The notes under the pieces are model-generated. The model ran no database searches. It worked only from the letters and a program-made list of their open reading frames with translations, and was not told where the DNA came from. A DNA stretch of 31,957 nt from Myxococcota bacterium (GTDB lineage Bacteria; Myxococcota_A; Polyangia; Polyangiales; Houyiibacteriaceae): the NCBI GenBank assembly GCA_039030515.1, contig JBCCEA010000042.1, forward strand, positions 1 to 31,957, written 5' to 3'. Below, piece after piece: positions 7,148-16,759 of the stretch; positions within the stretch are counted from its first letter, which is position 1; each line of letters starts with the position of its first letter. Position numbers and translations under genes: made by a program.

Positions 7148-9508
7148 CTATGCACGCTTGTCTGCGGCGACACCGACGTCCTTGCGCCGGGAAGCCCTTA
7201 TCCCAACGGAGCCATAGCGGTCCGCTACATACTGCGAATAGCGCAGCACACCGGCCCGATTCATGATGTAGGTATATACATGCATCCGCTGCTCCCATCC
7301 CAGCGCACGGAGCACTTCCTGGTCCGTAGTCGTTGGGACAAGAGCGAACGTATCTACTGAGTCGCTCGCTCGCGGCCGAGATGCGATAAAATCGAGCGCT
7401 TGAGTCAGGTCGCTACCGGTCAAATCTTCGAACACCGGCGTGAGCCAAGTCGCATTCAATTTCCAAGTAAGGTTCAGACCGGGAGATAAGTACTCGGAGA
7501 GCAGGGCGGCTCGGGGTCCACGGCCGTCATCGAATACAAAACAGGTGCGATCCCGTTTCAAACCGGCGTTGCCGTAACGAAGTGATGTATCTGGCAAGCC
7601 CATCTCATCGGGGACGATAGAGAGCGAGGCGGCGGTCATCGGCCCGAACGCTCGCTCAGCGCCGTGGGCCACCAGCGATTCATCCTCTGCCAAAAGCGGC
7701 CGGACAACGCCTTCAAACTCCTTGGGATCACGACGTGCCGCGCCTGCCGGAAGCGCCCAAAGCTGAACTTCGCTTCGCTCGATCGCCTCGGCCGTTCCTG
7801 TAAGTTCGAAGAACCGCTCATAGAGCGCGTTCATGGAGCGGTTCTTGGCCTCCACCCAAAAGAAGGCAAAGCGGAAGTCTCGACGACCGACGAGAAAATT
7901 GAGGGTTGCGAGTTGAAGCTCTCCAGACCAGCGGAACCCGTTCGAGGAAACCGCTCCGAAGTGCTGAAGCAGCCAGGTGTACTCCCAAGAACGCAGAATC
8001 GTGACCGTAGCGTCGATCGATCGGTCGACATCACGATGCACCAGGGTTCGCACCAGGTCCGAGCCGTGATCCCGCACTCGTAGCCAGTTCTCCGAGGCTT
8101 CTTCAAGAACCGGCTCAAGGTTCGGAACCATGTAGTCGTGGTAGATGCCGGATCGGGTGTAGAGGTCGAGCATCCCGGAAAAGTCCTCTCCCTTGGTCAC
8201 TTCGAGCATCGGGTGACCCAAGGTCGCAACGAGGTCGACCAGATCGGGCTGCTCGGAAATCCTGGGAAACTCAAAGCGTGCATGGAAGTAGACTTTGCCG
8301 TCCGGACGCTCATCTACGGCGACGATATGGGCTTCGCCCACCTCCACTACGCCGTTTCGCCAGGTAACCGATAGATCGCGTAGCGGTAGTCCCTCCCAGG
8401 CGAGATCTTTTTCGGTATCGGCGAGAATACAGATGCCGCCGTAGGAAATATCGACCACCTGCCGGGTGTAGGCTTCACGGTCTACCGGATGACGAAAACG
8501 AACCGATACCGCCTCATCCTCTGGAATCTGGGTGCGGTTCTCCCGCCGCCTTCGCCTGCGGCGCAAAACCAAAGGCAGACTTAGCTCCAAACGATCTTGC
8601 GTGCGATTCAAGAGGCGCACGTCCATATCGTAACTGATCGCGAACAGTTCGATGCCGAATCGAACTCGGGTGGAGATCACGCTGGTTTCCTGCCCCGAGA
8701 AGCCAAGAGACCCGGCGAGCTCTACAGCCAATGAGTTGTCGGTGAGCTCAGTCAGCACCGCGGGAGACCGACCCAGACTCGGCGCGTCGAGCCAACCCCC
8801 AGCGCGACGCAGAGCGCTGAGACGTAGGACCCGCTGGATCGAGGGCGGATCGCTAAGAACGTCGTGTAGGCACCCCTTTTGAAGGTCCGCCGGGTGAAGC
8901 TTAAGGCGGCAGTGGAAGCGTCGCGTACCGTGAGCTGACCGCCACGGCGTTACCTGTGTCACCACCGCAGACGCCCGACGGATCACATAGAGGTCGCTGA
9001 GTATTTCTACGGGGTCAAGCACCGTACCGGGCGGCACTGCTTTGGTAGAATCGATCGTACACTCTTCTGCACTCAAACCGAGTATCGGGAACACCTGAAC
9101 CTCGATCCCATCTAGTCCGGCGGGAACGACCATCATGAGTGGCTCTCCGGTTTCGTGCTTTCGATGCGGGCGATCCGGTTCGGGAAGTCGCTCCAACCGC
9201 CCCCGTGAGAGCGAGCACCCTAGGGCCCCATCCTCCCGCATACGAAAAGAATGCAGGCGTAGACGAAATCCGGTGTTCTGACCGTACCAATCGATATAGA
9301 CCTTAGTCGCTCGCTTGGGGACACCCTCGTCCTCAATAGGAGACAGACAAAGTTCATAGTGCTCGATATCGATTCGATGCGCGTACGACTGGAGTTGAAT
9401 ACGCCCATCACCAAAATGAACCGTGACCGGGCAGAGCCCTCGGACCGCCTCATTGGCCGCATCGAGCACTTCGTCTACAGCAGAGTGCACCCGGGACACC
9501 TTTCTCAA
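7148..9508 (-). CDS. PilZ-domain protein with large uncharacterised (possibly GNAT-like) C-terminal region
   Basis: RRENR followed by DISYGG matches the RxxxR / DxSxxG PilZ motifs. 786-aa ORF; TTG start uncertain by a few codons. The GNAT-like call is a fold guess. Confidence 0.75.
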   Translation of the reverse strand: MRKVSRVHSAVDEVLDAANEAVRGLCPVTVHFGDGRIQLQSYAHRIDIEHYELCLSPIEDEGVPKRATKVYIDWYGQNTGFRLRLHSFRMREDGALGCSLSRGRLERLPEPDRPHRKHETGEPLMMVVPAGLDGIEVQVFPILGLSAEECTIDSTKAVPPGTVLDPVEILSDLYVIRRASAVVTQVTPWRSAHGTRRFHCRLKLHPADLQKGCLHDVLSDPPSIQRVLRLSALRRAGGWLDAPSLGRSPAVLTELTDNSLAVELAGSLGFSGQETSVISTRVRFGIELFAISYDMDVRLLNRTQDRLELSLPLVLRRRRRRRENRTQIPEDEAVSVRFRHPVDREAYTRQVVDISYGGICILADTEKDLAWEGLPLRDLSVTWRNGVVEVGEAHIVAVDERPDGKVYFHARFEFPRISEQPDLVDLVATLGHPMLEVTKGEDFSGMLDLYTRSGIYHDYMVPNLEPVLEEASENWLRVRDHGSDLVRTLVHRDVDRSIDATVTILRSWEYTWLLQHFGAVSSNGFRWSGELQLATLNFLVGRRDFRFAFFWVEAKNRSMNALYERFFELTGTAEAIERSEVQLWALPAGAARRDPKEFEGVVRPLLAEDESLVAHGAERAFGPMTAASLSIVPDEMGLPDTSLRYGNAGLKRDRTCFVFDDGRGPRAALLSEYLSPGLNLTWKLNATWLTPVFEDLTGSDLTQALDFIASRPRASDSVDTFALVPTTTDQEVLRALGWEQRMHVYTYIMNRAGVLRYSQYVADRYGSVGIRASRRKDVGVAADKRA

Positions 9509-9538
9509 AGAGGACTGCGACGAACCATAGTGTGCGGG

Positions 9539-9617
9539 GCTACCTAGCGCAGCTTTGAAAAGCTACCCAGCGCAGCTTTGGAAAGCTACCCAGCGCAACT
9601 TTGGAAAGCTACCTAGC
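9539..9617. repeat. 23-bp tandem repeat (3.4 copies) generating palindromes AGCTTT-N2-AAAGCT
   Basis: Units GCTACC(T/C)AGCGCA(G/A)CTTTG(A/G)AAA start at 9539, 9562 and 9585, with a partial unit at 9608. Confidence 0.92.
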
Positions 9618-9656
9618 CCGGTCGGCATACACACTCGCGTCCTGGGTTATGCGTCG

Positions 9657-9694
9657 CTTCACATACAAACGATACTTCGCATACGAACGATACT
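9657..9694. repeat. 18-bp tandem duplication
   Basis: CTTCACATACAAACGATA followed by CTTCGCATACGAACGATA (2 mismatches). Confidence 0.8.
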
Positions 9695-9764
9695 GCCGCA
9701 CTCTTTGCCGTTTTGAGCGGCGCTAGCTAACGCTGCCCAGTGCTGCACATCCAGTGCTTAATGC

Positions 9765-10769
9765 TTAGGAAACTGGTTTTGGACGCCGAGGCGCAGGACA
9801 GCAATCGGGCGCGCATCGATCTGAGGCAGGTCCCGACCGGCCCAAAGCCAATCGAGGTTGTGTTCCCTCTCGCAGTCGCTCGAGGATCAGCGCGACCACA
9901 CCTTCGACGAACTTTGGATGCGTGCCCACCGTTTTGGCGCGTACAAATTCGATTCCGAGCTCGGCAGCACACTCTCGTGCCTCGGTGTCGAGGTCCCAAA
10001 GGACTTCTACGTGGTCGGATAGAAAACCGATGGGCGCCACACAGACCGCGGGGCATCCCTCGAGCGTCTTCAAATGATCCGCGATATCTGGCTCAAGCCA
10101 AGGGATGTGCGGAGGACCACTGCGGCTCTGGTACACGAGATCCCAAGCGGAGTGCCCCGCTCCCTCTGCAACGAGCCGACACGCTTCTCGCAACTGGTCG
10201 ACGTAAGGCCCGGTCGCAGCCATCGACTCTGGGATGCTGTGCGCAGTAAAGACGAGCCGCACCTGCGCGCGTCGCTCACCGTAGCTCGAAAGGGCTTCGT
10301 CCACCTGGTCGATCATCGCCTCGACAAACCCGGGGTGATTGAAGAAGAGTCGTATCTTCTGCACTTCTATGGACGCGGGACATCCGCCCTCGATCGCGTC
10401 CGTATATTTTCGGCAGCCCGCGTAGCTTCCAAACGCACTGGTGACGTAGCAGAGCACGCGCTTGATACCGTCAGCCTCCATCTCATCGAACACTGCGCTC
10501 AAAAACGGTTTTGAATGAAGGTTGGCGAAGTAGACCGGCAAGAATACGCCCGCTGCGTGCAGCGCGGGTTTCAGTGCATCGATGAACGCCCGGTTCTGCT
10601 CATTGATCGGACTCTTGCCGCCGAAGTGGTCGTAATGCTGACCTACTTCCCGAAGTCGCTCGAGGGGTATCGACTTGCCTCGAGTTACATCTTGAAGGAA
10701 CGGGATCACCTCGTCTGGACCCTCTGGGCCTCCAAACGAGAGGTAAAGAATTGCTTCGAACTCGGCCAC
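9765..10769 (-). CDS. hemH: Ferrochelatase
   Basis: Motifs LSFGGPE, GGKSPI, FTAHSIP, YQSRSG..PWLEP, PIGFLSDHVEVLWDLD. Start set at GTG 10769; the longer ORF-track start overlaps speE. Confidence 0.93.
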   Translation of the reverse strand: MAEFEAILYLSFGGPEGPDEVIPFLQDVTRGKSIPLERLREVGQHYDHFGGKSPINEQNRAFIDALKPALHAAGVFLPVYFANLHSKPFLSAVFDEMEADGIKRVLCYVTSAFGSYAGCRKYTDAIEGGCPASIEVQKIRLFFNHPGFVEAMIDQVDEALSSYGERRAQVRLVFTAHSIPESMAATGPYVDQLREACRLVAEGAGHSAWDLVYQSRSGPPHIPWLEPDIADHLKTLEGCPAVCVAPIGFLSDHVEVLWDLDTEARECAAELGIEFVRAKTVGTHPKFVEGVVALILERLREGTQPRLALGRSGPASDRCAPDCCPAPRRPKPVS

Positions 10770-10890
10770 GGGCGGAAGATAGGGCCTTGTAACGTGTTCG
10801 CCTAGCGAGTGGTGCCGGTATGCCGCGCGAACCCCGAAAGTCCAGATCATCGGAGGTGCGGCGCCTAGAGAACGTGCTACGGCGCACGGC

Positions 10891-11730
10891 ATGTCGCTCT
10901 GGTATGAAGAATCCTTTAGAGACCTCTCCCGTTTCGCCTTAAGGACCAGAGAAACGCTGATGAGCAGGCAGAGCGAGTTCCAGAAGGTGGAGCTCATCGA
11001 CACCGTCCAGTTCGGCCGCGTACTGGTGATCGATGGGGTGTTTATGACCAGTGAGCGTGATGAGCACCTCTACCACGAGATGATCGTCCATCCTGCGATG
11101 GTCACCCACCCCAACCCTCAATCGGTCCTGGTCATCGGTGGTGGCGACGGGGGCACCGCCCGGGAGGTGCTGCGTCACCCCACGGTCCAGACCTGCACCA
11201 TGGTCGAGATCGACGCGTTGGTGGTTGAAGCGTGTAAACTCCATCTACCGAGTCTCGGTGCCTGGGACGATCCTCGGCTCCAGCTGCGCATCGAAGACGG
11301 TATTCAATTCGTCCGCGAAACCGACGCGCGTTTCGACATCGTCATCCTCGATGGGACCGACCCTCAAGGTCCTGCAGAGGGCTTGTTCAACGAGAGCTTC
11401 TACCGCAACGTGCATCGCGTACTTCGAAGTGGCGGTATATTTGCACTCCAAAGCGAGGGGCCCTTTTTCTTTCCCGAGGTCTTTCGCGCGATACAGGTCT
11501 CTCTTGCCAAAGTATTTGCGCAAGTGGCCCCTTATTTTGGCAGCGTGCCGCTCTACAGCGCTGGACCTTGGAGCTGGACCTGGGCGTCGGACCGGCAAGA
11601 CCTGACGCCATCGACTCTGCCTGCGACGAGCGAAAAGAGAGCGGTGGAGATCGAAAAGGTCACCCGCTATTGGAATCGAGAGATTCAAAAAGCGGCGTTT
11701 GCCCTACCAAGCGAGCTCCGCAAGGTCTGA
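10891..11730 (+). CDS. speE: Polyamine aminopropyltransferase (spermidine synthase)
   Basis: SEFQK, DEHLYHEMIVH, VLVIGGGDGG, VEID, DIVILDGTDP. Confidence 0.95.
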   Translation: MSLWYEESFRDLSRFALRTRETLMSRQSEFQKVELIDTVQFGRVLVIDGVFMTSERDEHLYHEMIVHPAMVTHPNPQSVLVIGGGDGGTAREVLRHPTVQTCTMVEIDALVVEACKLHLPSLGAWDDPRLQLRIEDGIQFVRETDARFDIVILDGTDPQGPAEGLFNESFYRNVHRVLRSGGIFALQSEGPFFFPEVFRAIQVSLAKVFAQVAPYFGSVPLYSAGPWSWTWASDRQDLTPSTLPATSEKRAVEIEKVTRYWNREIQKAAFALPSELRKV

Positions 11731-11758
11731 GCGCCTCAGGCGCTGGGCAAGGCAGGCG

Positions 11759-13483
11759 ATGACCCAACACCAAAAAGGCGGCCCCGCTCCTCCGGATTCG
11801 TCAGTAAGTCCGAGATCGAGTCCGGACAATCGACGAGAACGTCGTTTCAACACCGCTTCGATCCTCGAGACGCAGGCGATGCACGATCCGAATCGAACCG
11901 CGATCATGTACCCCTCTACCAAGGATTGCTCCGCCTTGGATCGGAGCAAGGGAGGCGGAGAGCTCAGCGCTCTATCCTACGGCGAGCTCGATGAGAGAGT
12001 GCGGCGACGCGCTGTCGCACTCCAAAAACTAGGCATTCAAAGAGGAGATCGAGTCGCCCTCTGCGCCCGCAACTGTCCCGCGTTCGTCGAAGCGTTCTTT
12101 GCGATCCTTCGTTGCGGCGCCGTCGCCGTACCGATCGCCCAATTTGAATCTGCTGAGCAAATAGAGTTCCGGATCAAACACGCGAAATGTCGTTTGATCC
12201 TCTACGACGGTTCGGATCAAGCAGGACTTCGTTCGGATCTCGCCACGATCGCCGAGCGTACAGCGGCAGAGCAGTGCACTTTCGAGGATCTCCGAGAACC
12301 AAATCTCCTGGGCGAGGAAGACCCGGACTCAAGCCACAGCCAGTGGGCCAGCAGACCTTTGATCGAGGTTGCCGAGGAAGATCCAGCGATGATCTTATAC
12401 ACCTCCGGGACTACGGCAGATGCAAAGGGGGCGGTGATTCACCACGGCAACCTGATGCGACATACCCGAGCGCTTCAAACGACCGTTCAGCTCAGCCCCG
12501 AGGATCGCGTGCTCGGCGTGCTTCCTCTGACCCACTCTTTCGGGATGCGCATGACCCTGCTTTTGCCCTTCTATGTCGGGAGCGCTGTATTTCTGATGCG
12601 TCGCTTTCGGGCGGCAGAAAGCTTGAAGCAGATCGATAGCGCGGTGCTGACTTGGATTCCGGCAGTCCCCACGATGTTTGCTGCCTGGTCGGAAATAAAC
12701 GCGCGCCACGCGACGTCCGTACGATGGTGTCTCAGTGCCGGCGCCCCTTTGGCAAAAGACGTGCGGCTTCGCGCGGAAGCTCGCCTGGGCGCACCCATCC
12801 GTGAAGGCTACGGATTGACCGAAGCCAGCTTCTCCACGATCGACGCTCCACCAAAGCCGGCCACCCCAGGGTCGGTGGGGCGACCGGTCCACGGGGTGGA
12901 GATCCGCATCCTCGAAAATCACGACTCGGAGACAGAACCTCCGCGGTTCGCTCCATCAGGAACCGTCGGCGAGGTCCTGATACGGGGGCAGAACCAAATG
13001 CACTGCTTTCTCGACGATCCGAGCGCTACCGCAAACGCGCTTTTGCTTGGATTTCAGCGCACAGGAGACCTGGGGACACAAGGCGAGGACGGGCAGCTCT
13101 GGATCTTGAGCCGTAAGAAGGATCTGATCATCCGCGGAGGTTATAACATCGTTCCTGCAGAAATTGAGACCGCTCTATCCAGCCATCCTGCAATATCGGA
13201 GGTCGCAGTGGTGGGCATCGATGATCCGTACTACGGACAGGAACCTGTTGCCGTGGTGAGGGTCGCCGAAGATGCCAAGTTCGAAACCGAGTCACTTCGA
13301 GCCCATCTAGAACCCCGCATCGCACGAACCAAAATACCGCATCTATTTGCTCAGGTAGCGCATATGCCCATGGGATCATCCCGCAAAGTTCTAAAGCGCG
13401 TGCTGCGTGAACAACTCCGCTCTGGCGCACTACCGATCATCCGATGGCCTGCCGTCGATCGCGTTCAGAGCGCTACAGACTAA
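11759..13483 (+). CDS. AMP-binding enzyme, long-chain acyl-CoA synthetase-like
   Basis: ILYTSGTT, EGYGLTE, RTGDLG, RKKDLIIRGG; start MTQHQ at 11759 (approximate). Confidence 0.9.
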   Translation: MTQHQKGGPAPPDSSVSPRSSPDNRRERRFNTASILETQAMHDPNRTAIMYPSTKDCSALDRSKGGGELSALSYGELDERVRRRAVALQKLGIQRGDRVALCARNCPAFVEAFFAILRCGAVAVPIAQFESAEQIEFRIKHAKCRLILYDGSDQAGLRSDLATIAERTAAEQCTFEDLREPNLLGEEDPDSSHSQWASRPLIEVAEEDPAMILYTSGTTADAKGAVIHHGNLMRHTRALQTTVQLSPEDRVLGVLPLTHSFGMRMTLLLPFYVGSAVFLMRRFRAAESLKQIDSAVLTWIPAVPTMFAAWSEINARHATSVRWCLSAGAPLAKDVRLRAEARLGAPIREGYGLTEASFSTIDAPPKPATPGSVGRPVHGVEIRILENHDSETEPPRFAPSGTVGEVLIRGQNQMHCFLDDPSATANALLLGFQRTGDLGTQGEDGQLWILSRKKDLIIRGGYNIVPAEIETALSSHPAISEVAVVGIDDPYYGQEPVAVVRVAEDAKFETESLRAHLEPRIARTKIPHLFAQVAHMPMGSSRKVLKRVLREQLRSGALPIIRWPAVDRVQSATD

Positions 13484-13550
13484 CGCTGCCGCATCCACAT
13501 GACCAAGCGTATCGTCGCGCGATATATTCACTATAACTGTAGATATGTTT

Positions 13551-15689
13551 TCAAACTTTCCGTCCGAAAATCCGCATCAAGATCACCAGAGTCGCAGCGC
13601 CCAAAAGCAATCCCACCCAGCTCGAATACCAGCCAAATCCTACCCCAAGATCTCCAAAAATCAGGCTGACCGCTCCGACGAGTAGCGCGTAGGGCAGCTG
13701 AGTGCTCACGTGGTCCAGGTGGTCGCATCCGGTGGCCATCGAGCTCATCACCGTGGTGTCGCTGATCGGCGAGCAGTGATCGCCAAAAACGGCGCCTGAG
13801 AGGATCGAAGAGATGCTGCCCACGAGCACGAGCGAATCGCCGGGGGCAAACTCGTGCGCCATCGGAACCACCACGGGAAAGAGAATGGCCATCGTTCCCC
13901 AGGAAGTCCCGGTCGCAAAACTCACCCCGGCTCCGATGACGAAGACGAGTGCGGGGAGCAGCTTCACCGAAACGATCCCGCTGAGAGACTCCACCAAATA
14001 ATAAGCCGTGTGAAGCTCACGACATACCGCACCCAGAGACCAGGCGAGTACGAGGATAACGCAAGCGAGCGTCATCGAACGAACCCCAGACAGCCAAGCG
14101 TCCATGGTCGCCCGAAATGAAAGCACTCGCAATGCAAAAATGATCGAGGTGCCCGACCCGAGTAACGCTGCCCAGAGGAGCGAGCTGTAGGAGTTGGCTT
14201 GACCCAAGATTTCTCTCAGGGAAGCCTCTTGGCCTGCAGACTCGAGTCCGGTGACGTACATGGAGACCGCAGCCGTCAGCATCACCACCATGACCGGCGC
14301 CAAGGCAAGGCTCACTCGACCAGATCGCGCGATAACCGCTGTGGCTTCGCGCTCGGGGTGCTCCACATGTTCACACTCAGCAGTCGTCTGCGCCTCGCCT
14401 GCAACAACCTTACCTTCGTCTCGGGCACGTCGCTCCGCGGCGAGCATAGGCCCAAAGTCCCGACGACCCGCGGCTACCAAGAGTGCAAAAAAGAGCATCA
14501 GTATCGGATAGAACCGGAAAGGAATCGACTCCAAGAACACGAGGTACGCATTTCTCTCGATACCTAGCGCGTCGAACTGATCGGCAATGTAGGCGATTTC
14601 GACGCCAATCCAGCTGGAAACCACCGCAATGCTGGAAACGGTCGCCGCGGTACCGTCGACAAGGAAGGCGAGCTTCTCTCGACTGATGCGCAACCGGTCG
14701 GTGATGGGCCTCATCGACGAGCCGACGAGAAGGGCATTCGCGTAGTCGTCGAAAAACACGACGATTCCCATAAGCCAGGTCAACACCTGCCCGAGGCGAG
14801 GAGACTTTGCGTAGTTCACCACAAAATCGGCAAGCCCTGCCGTACCGCCGGAGCGAGAGATGACGCCGATCATCGAACCGAGGAGCAGACTGAAGATCAG
14901 GATGGAAGCGTGGTCAGAATCGGCGAGGGCTTGGACAGCGTAGGTATCCGCCACCCTAAAAAACGAGGCAAAGAGCTGAGCTCCCGAGATCAAAAAAGCT
15001 CCAATCCATACTCCTGCAAAAAGAGCGATGACGACCTGCCGAAGAAGCAAAGCCAGCAATATGGCAAGGATAGGCGGCACGATCGAAACCGCCGCTGGAA
15101 GTACGCGGGTGTGCATCTGCGCCACGTGCCGCCCGTCCAGCTCTAGCCACAGCTCGCTCGGTCCCATCCGCTCGATCACAAGGCCCCTCAAACGAACCTC
15201 ACGCTCCTCACTCCACTGAAGTGCTCCATTCCACTGGAGTTCTCCCTCCAGCAAACTCCGGGCATGGGTTGGATGAGGCCCATCGCTGTCGCCTTCAGAG
15301 ACCAGAACCCGATAGGGAATGGGAGCTGAGTCCTGAAGGCGTAAACTCGGGATGCGCGCAGCGATCTGCCCTAGGGCGACTGGACTGAGGTCGAGGTCGA
15401 AGGGAATCCCGGACAGAACTGCCGGCGGCGCTTCGAGAGAGACGAGATCCTCCGGATGGATGCCTCGCGCTCGCGCGCTTTGACTTGAGAGAATCGTTTC
15501 TTTGCGGGCCTGCTCTTCTTCGTACGCACCATCTTGTTCGGGCGGACCATCTGCCGCGCACCCGCAACCTACGAGGCTGAGCCACAGCCCGAAGGTCGCA
15601 AAGGGCCTTGGAACTCGCAGGCGCACCGTGCTTGCAGGGCAGGTCACAAAGATTCTTTTGCGGCTAAACACGAGAAAAAGCGCCGACAT
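13551..15689 (-). CDS. Na+/H+ antiporter NhaC-family membrane protein with N-terminal extracytoplasmic extension
   Basis: FFDDYAN, SREKLAFLVD, SFATGTSWGT, GAVFGDHCSPISDTT, HVSTQLPYA; start uncertain. Confidence 0.88.
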   Translation of the reverse strand: MSALFLVFSRKRIFVTCPASTVRLRVPRPFATFGLWLSLVGCGCAADGPPEQDGAYEEEQARKETILSSQSARARGIHPEDLVSLEAPPAVLSGIPFDLDLSPVALGQIAARIPSLRLQDSAPIPYRVLVSEGDSDGPHPTHARSLLEGELQWNGALQWSEEREVRLRGLVIERMGPSELWLELDGRHVAQMHTRVLPAAVSIVPPILAILLALLLRQVVIALFAGVWIGAFLISGAQLFASFFRVADTYAVQALADSDHASILIFSLLLGSMIGVISRSGGTAGLADFVVNYAKSPRLGQVLTWLMGIVVFFDDYANALLVGSSMRPITDRLRISREKLAFLVDGTAATVSSIAVVSSWIGVEIAYIADQFDALGIERNAYLVFLESIPFRFYPILMLFFALLVAAGRRDFGPMLAAERRARDEGKVVAGEAQTTAECEHVEHPEREATAVIARSGRVSLALAPVMVVMLTAAVSMYVTGLESAGQEASLREILGQANSYSSLLWAALLGSGTSIIFALRVLSFRATMDAWLSGVRSMTLACVILVLAWSLGAVCRELHTAYYLVESLSGIVSVKLLPALVFVIGAGVSFATGTSWGTMAILFPVVVPMAHEFAPGDSLVLVGSISSILSGAVFGDHCSPISDTTVMSSMATGCDHLDHVSTQLPYALLVGAVSLIFGDLGVGFGWYSSWVGLLLGAATLVILMRIFGRKV

Positions 15690-15825
15690 CGATGCGCATC
15701 TAGGCAGACGAGCCCGAGTCCGTCAATCGTCGCGACGCGCACTGGCAAATGCTCGCCTGCTGAGGCATATCCTGCCCATGCGACACAAAGCTCAATTCGA
15801 TCAATCGCCAAAGTTTTTTTCGGCT

Positions 15826-16698
15826 ATGAGCCGCTGCCCTTCCGCTTTGAACTGCTGGGCCGCTTTCAACTGCTGGGCGATCCTGCTCCTCTTCGCTCTT
15901 GGCTGCGGTGGAGTTTCAAAGCAGGCGGGGTCTACGCCGCCCGCGACCGCAGAAGCTCCGTCGGCGCTTGCAGCGGCGGTGGCGGCAGATCATCGAAGCG
16001 CAGAGCACCGAAGTCGCGATCGCTACCGACATCCCAAGGAAACCCTCGAGTTCTTCGGTGTCGAACCCGGGATGCGCGTCGTGGAGATCCGGCCGGGCCG
16101 GGGGTGGTACACGGAAATTCTCGCACCCTATCTTCAAGGCCAGGGCGAGCTCGTGGCAGCGATTCCTAGCCCCACCGGCGCAAAGGCTGCGTACCATCAA
16201 CGCTTTGTTGACCTCAAAATGAGCAAGCCCGGTGTGTTCGGCCAGGTGCAGATTGGGACTTTTGAACCGCCAAGCGAGTTTGACTTCGGACCGGCTGAAT
16301 CGGCAGACCGAGTGCTTACCTTTCGAAACCTCCACAACATGATCGGAGCCAACGCCGAGTCAGCAGCTTTTGAGGCGTTCTTTGCCGCGCTCAAACCAGG
16401 CGGCGTTCTAGGGATCGTACAACACCGCGCTGCAGCCGGTGCCGACCCGAGCGAAGAGGCTGCAAAGGGATATGTGCCGGAGGCCTACGTCGTCGAACTC
16501 GCCACAGCGGCCGGATTTGTGCTGGACGGGCGGTCGGAGATCAACGCCAACCCGGCGGATACCCGCGACCACCCAGAGGGCGTCTGGACGCTTCCACCCG
16601 TGTTGAGGTCGGGTGACCAGAATCGAGATCGATATCTTGCGATTGGGGAAAGCGATCGGATGACCCTGAGATTTCGCAAGCCCATGGAATCCGAGTAA
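15826..16698 (+). CDS. Exported (lipoprotein) class I SAM methyltransferase-like protein, COG4798-type
   Basis: RDRYRHPKETLEFFG, EIRPGRGWYT, LTFRNLH, EINANPAD, VWTLPP, IGESDRMTLRFRKP; lipobox FALGC; alternative start at 15778. Confidence 0.85.
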   Translation: MSRCPSALNCWAAFNCWAILLLFALGCGGVSKQAGSTPPATAEAPSALAAAVAADHRSAEHRSRDRYRHPKETLEFFGVEPGMRVVEIRPGRGWYTEILAPYLQGQGELVAAIPSPTGAKAAYHQRFVDLKMSKPGVFGQVQIGTFEPPSEFDFGPAESADRVLTFRNLHNMIGANAESAAFEAFFAALKPGGVLGIVQHRAAAGADPSEEAAKGYVPEAYVVELATAAGFVLDGRSEINANPADTRDHPEGVWTLPPVLRSGDQNRDRYLAIGESDRMTLRFRKPMESE

Positions 16699-16759
16699 CG
16701 CCCGCACATCTCGAGGGCGGCCTTTCAAACCGAAGCGCGACGGGCTACACGTCCTCTAG

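Noticed and set aside
9539..9617. Mini-CRISPR
   Set aside because: Head-to-tail 23-bp units without unique spacers; no cas genes.
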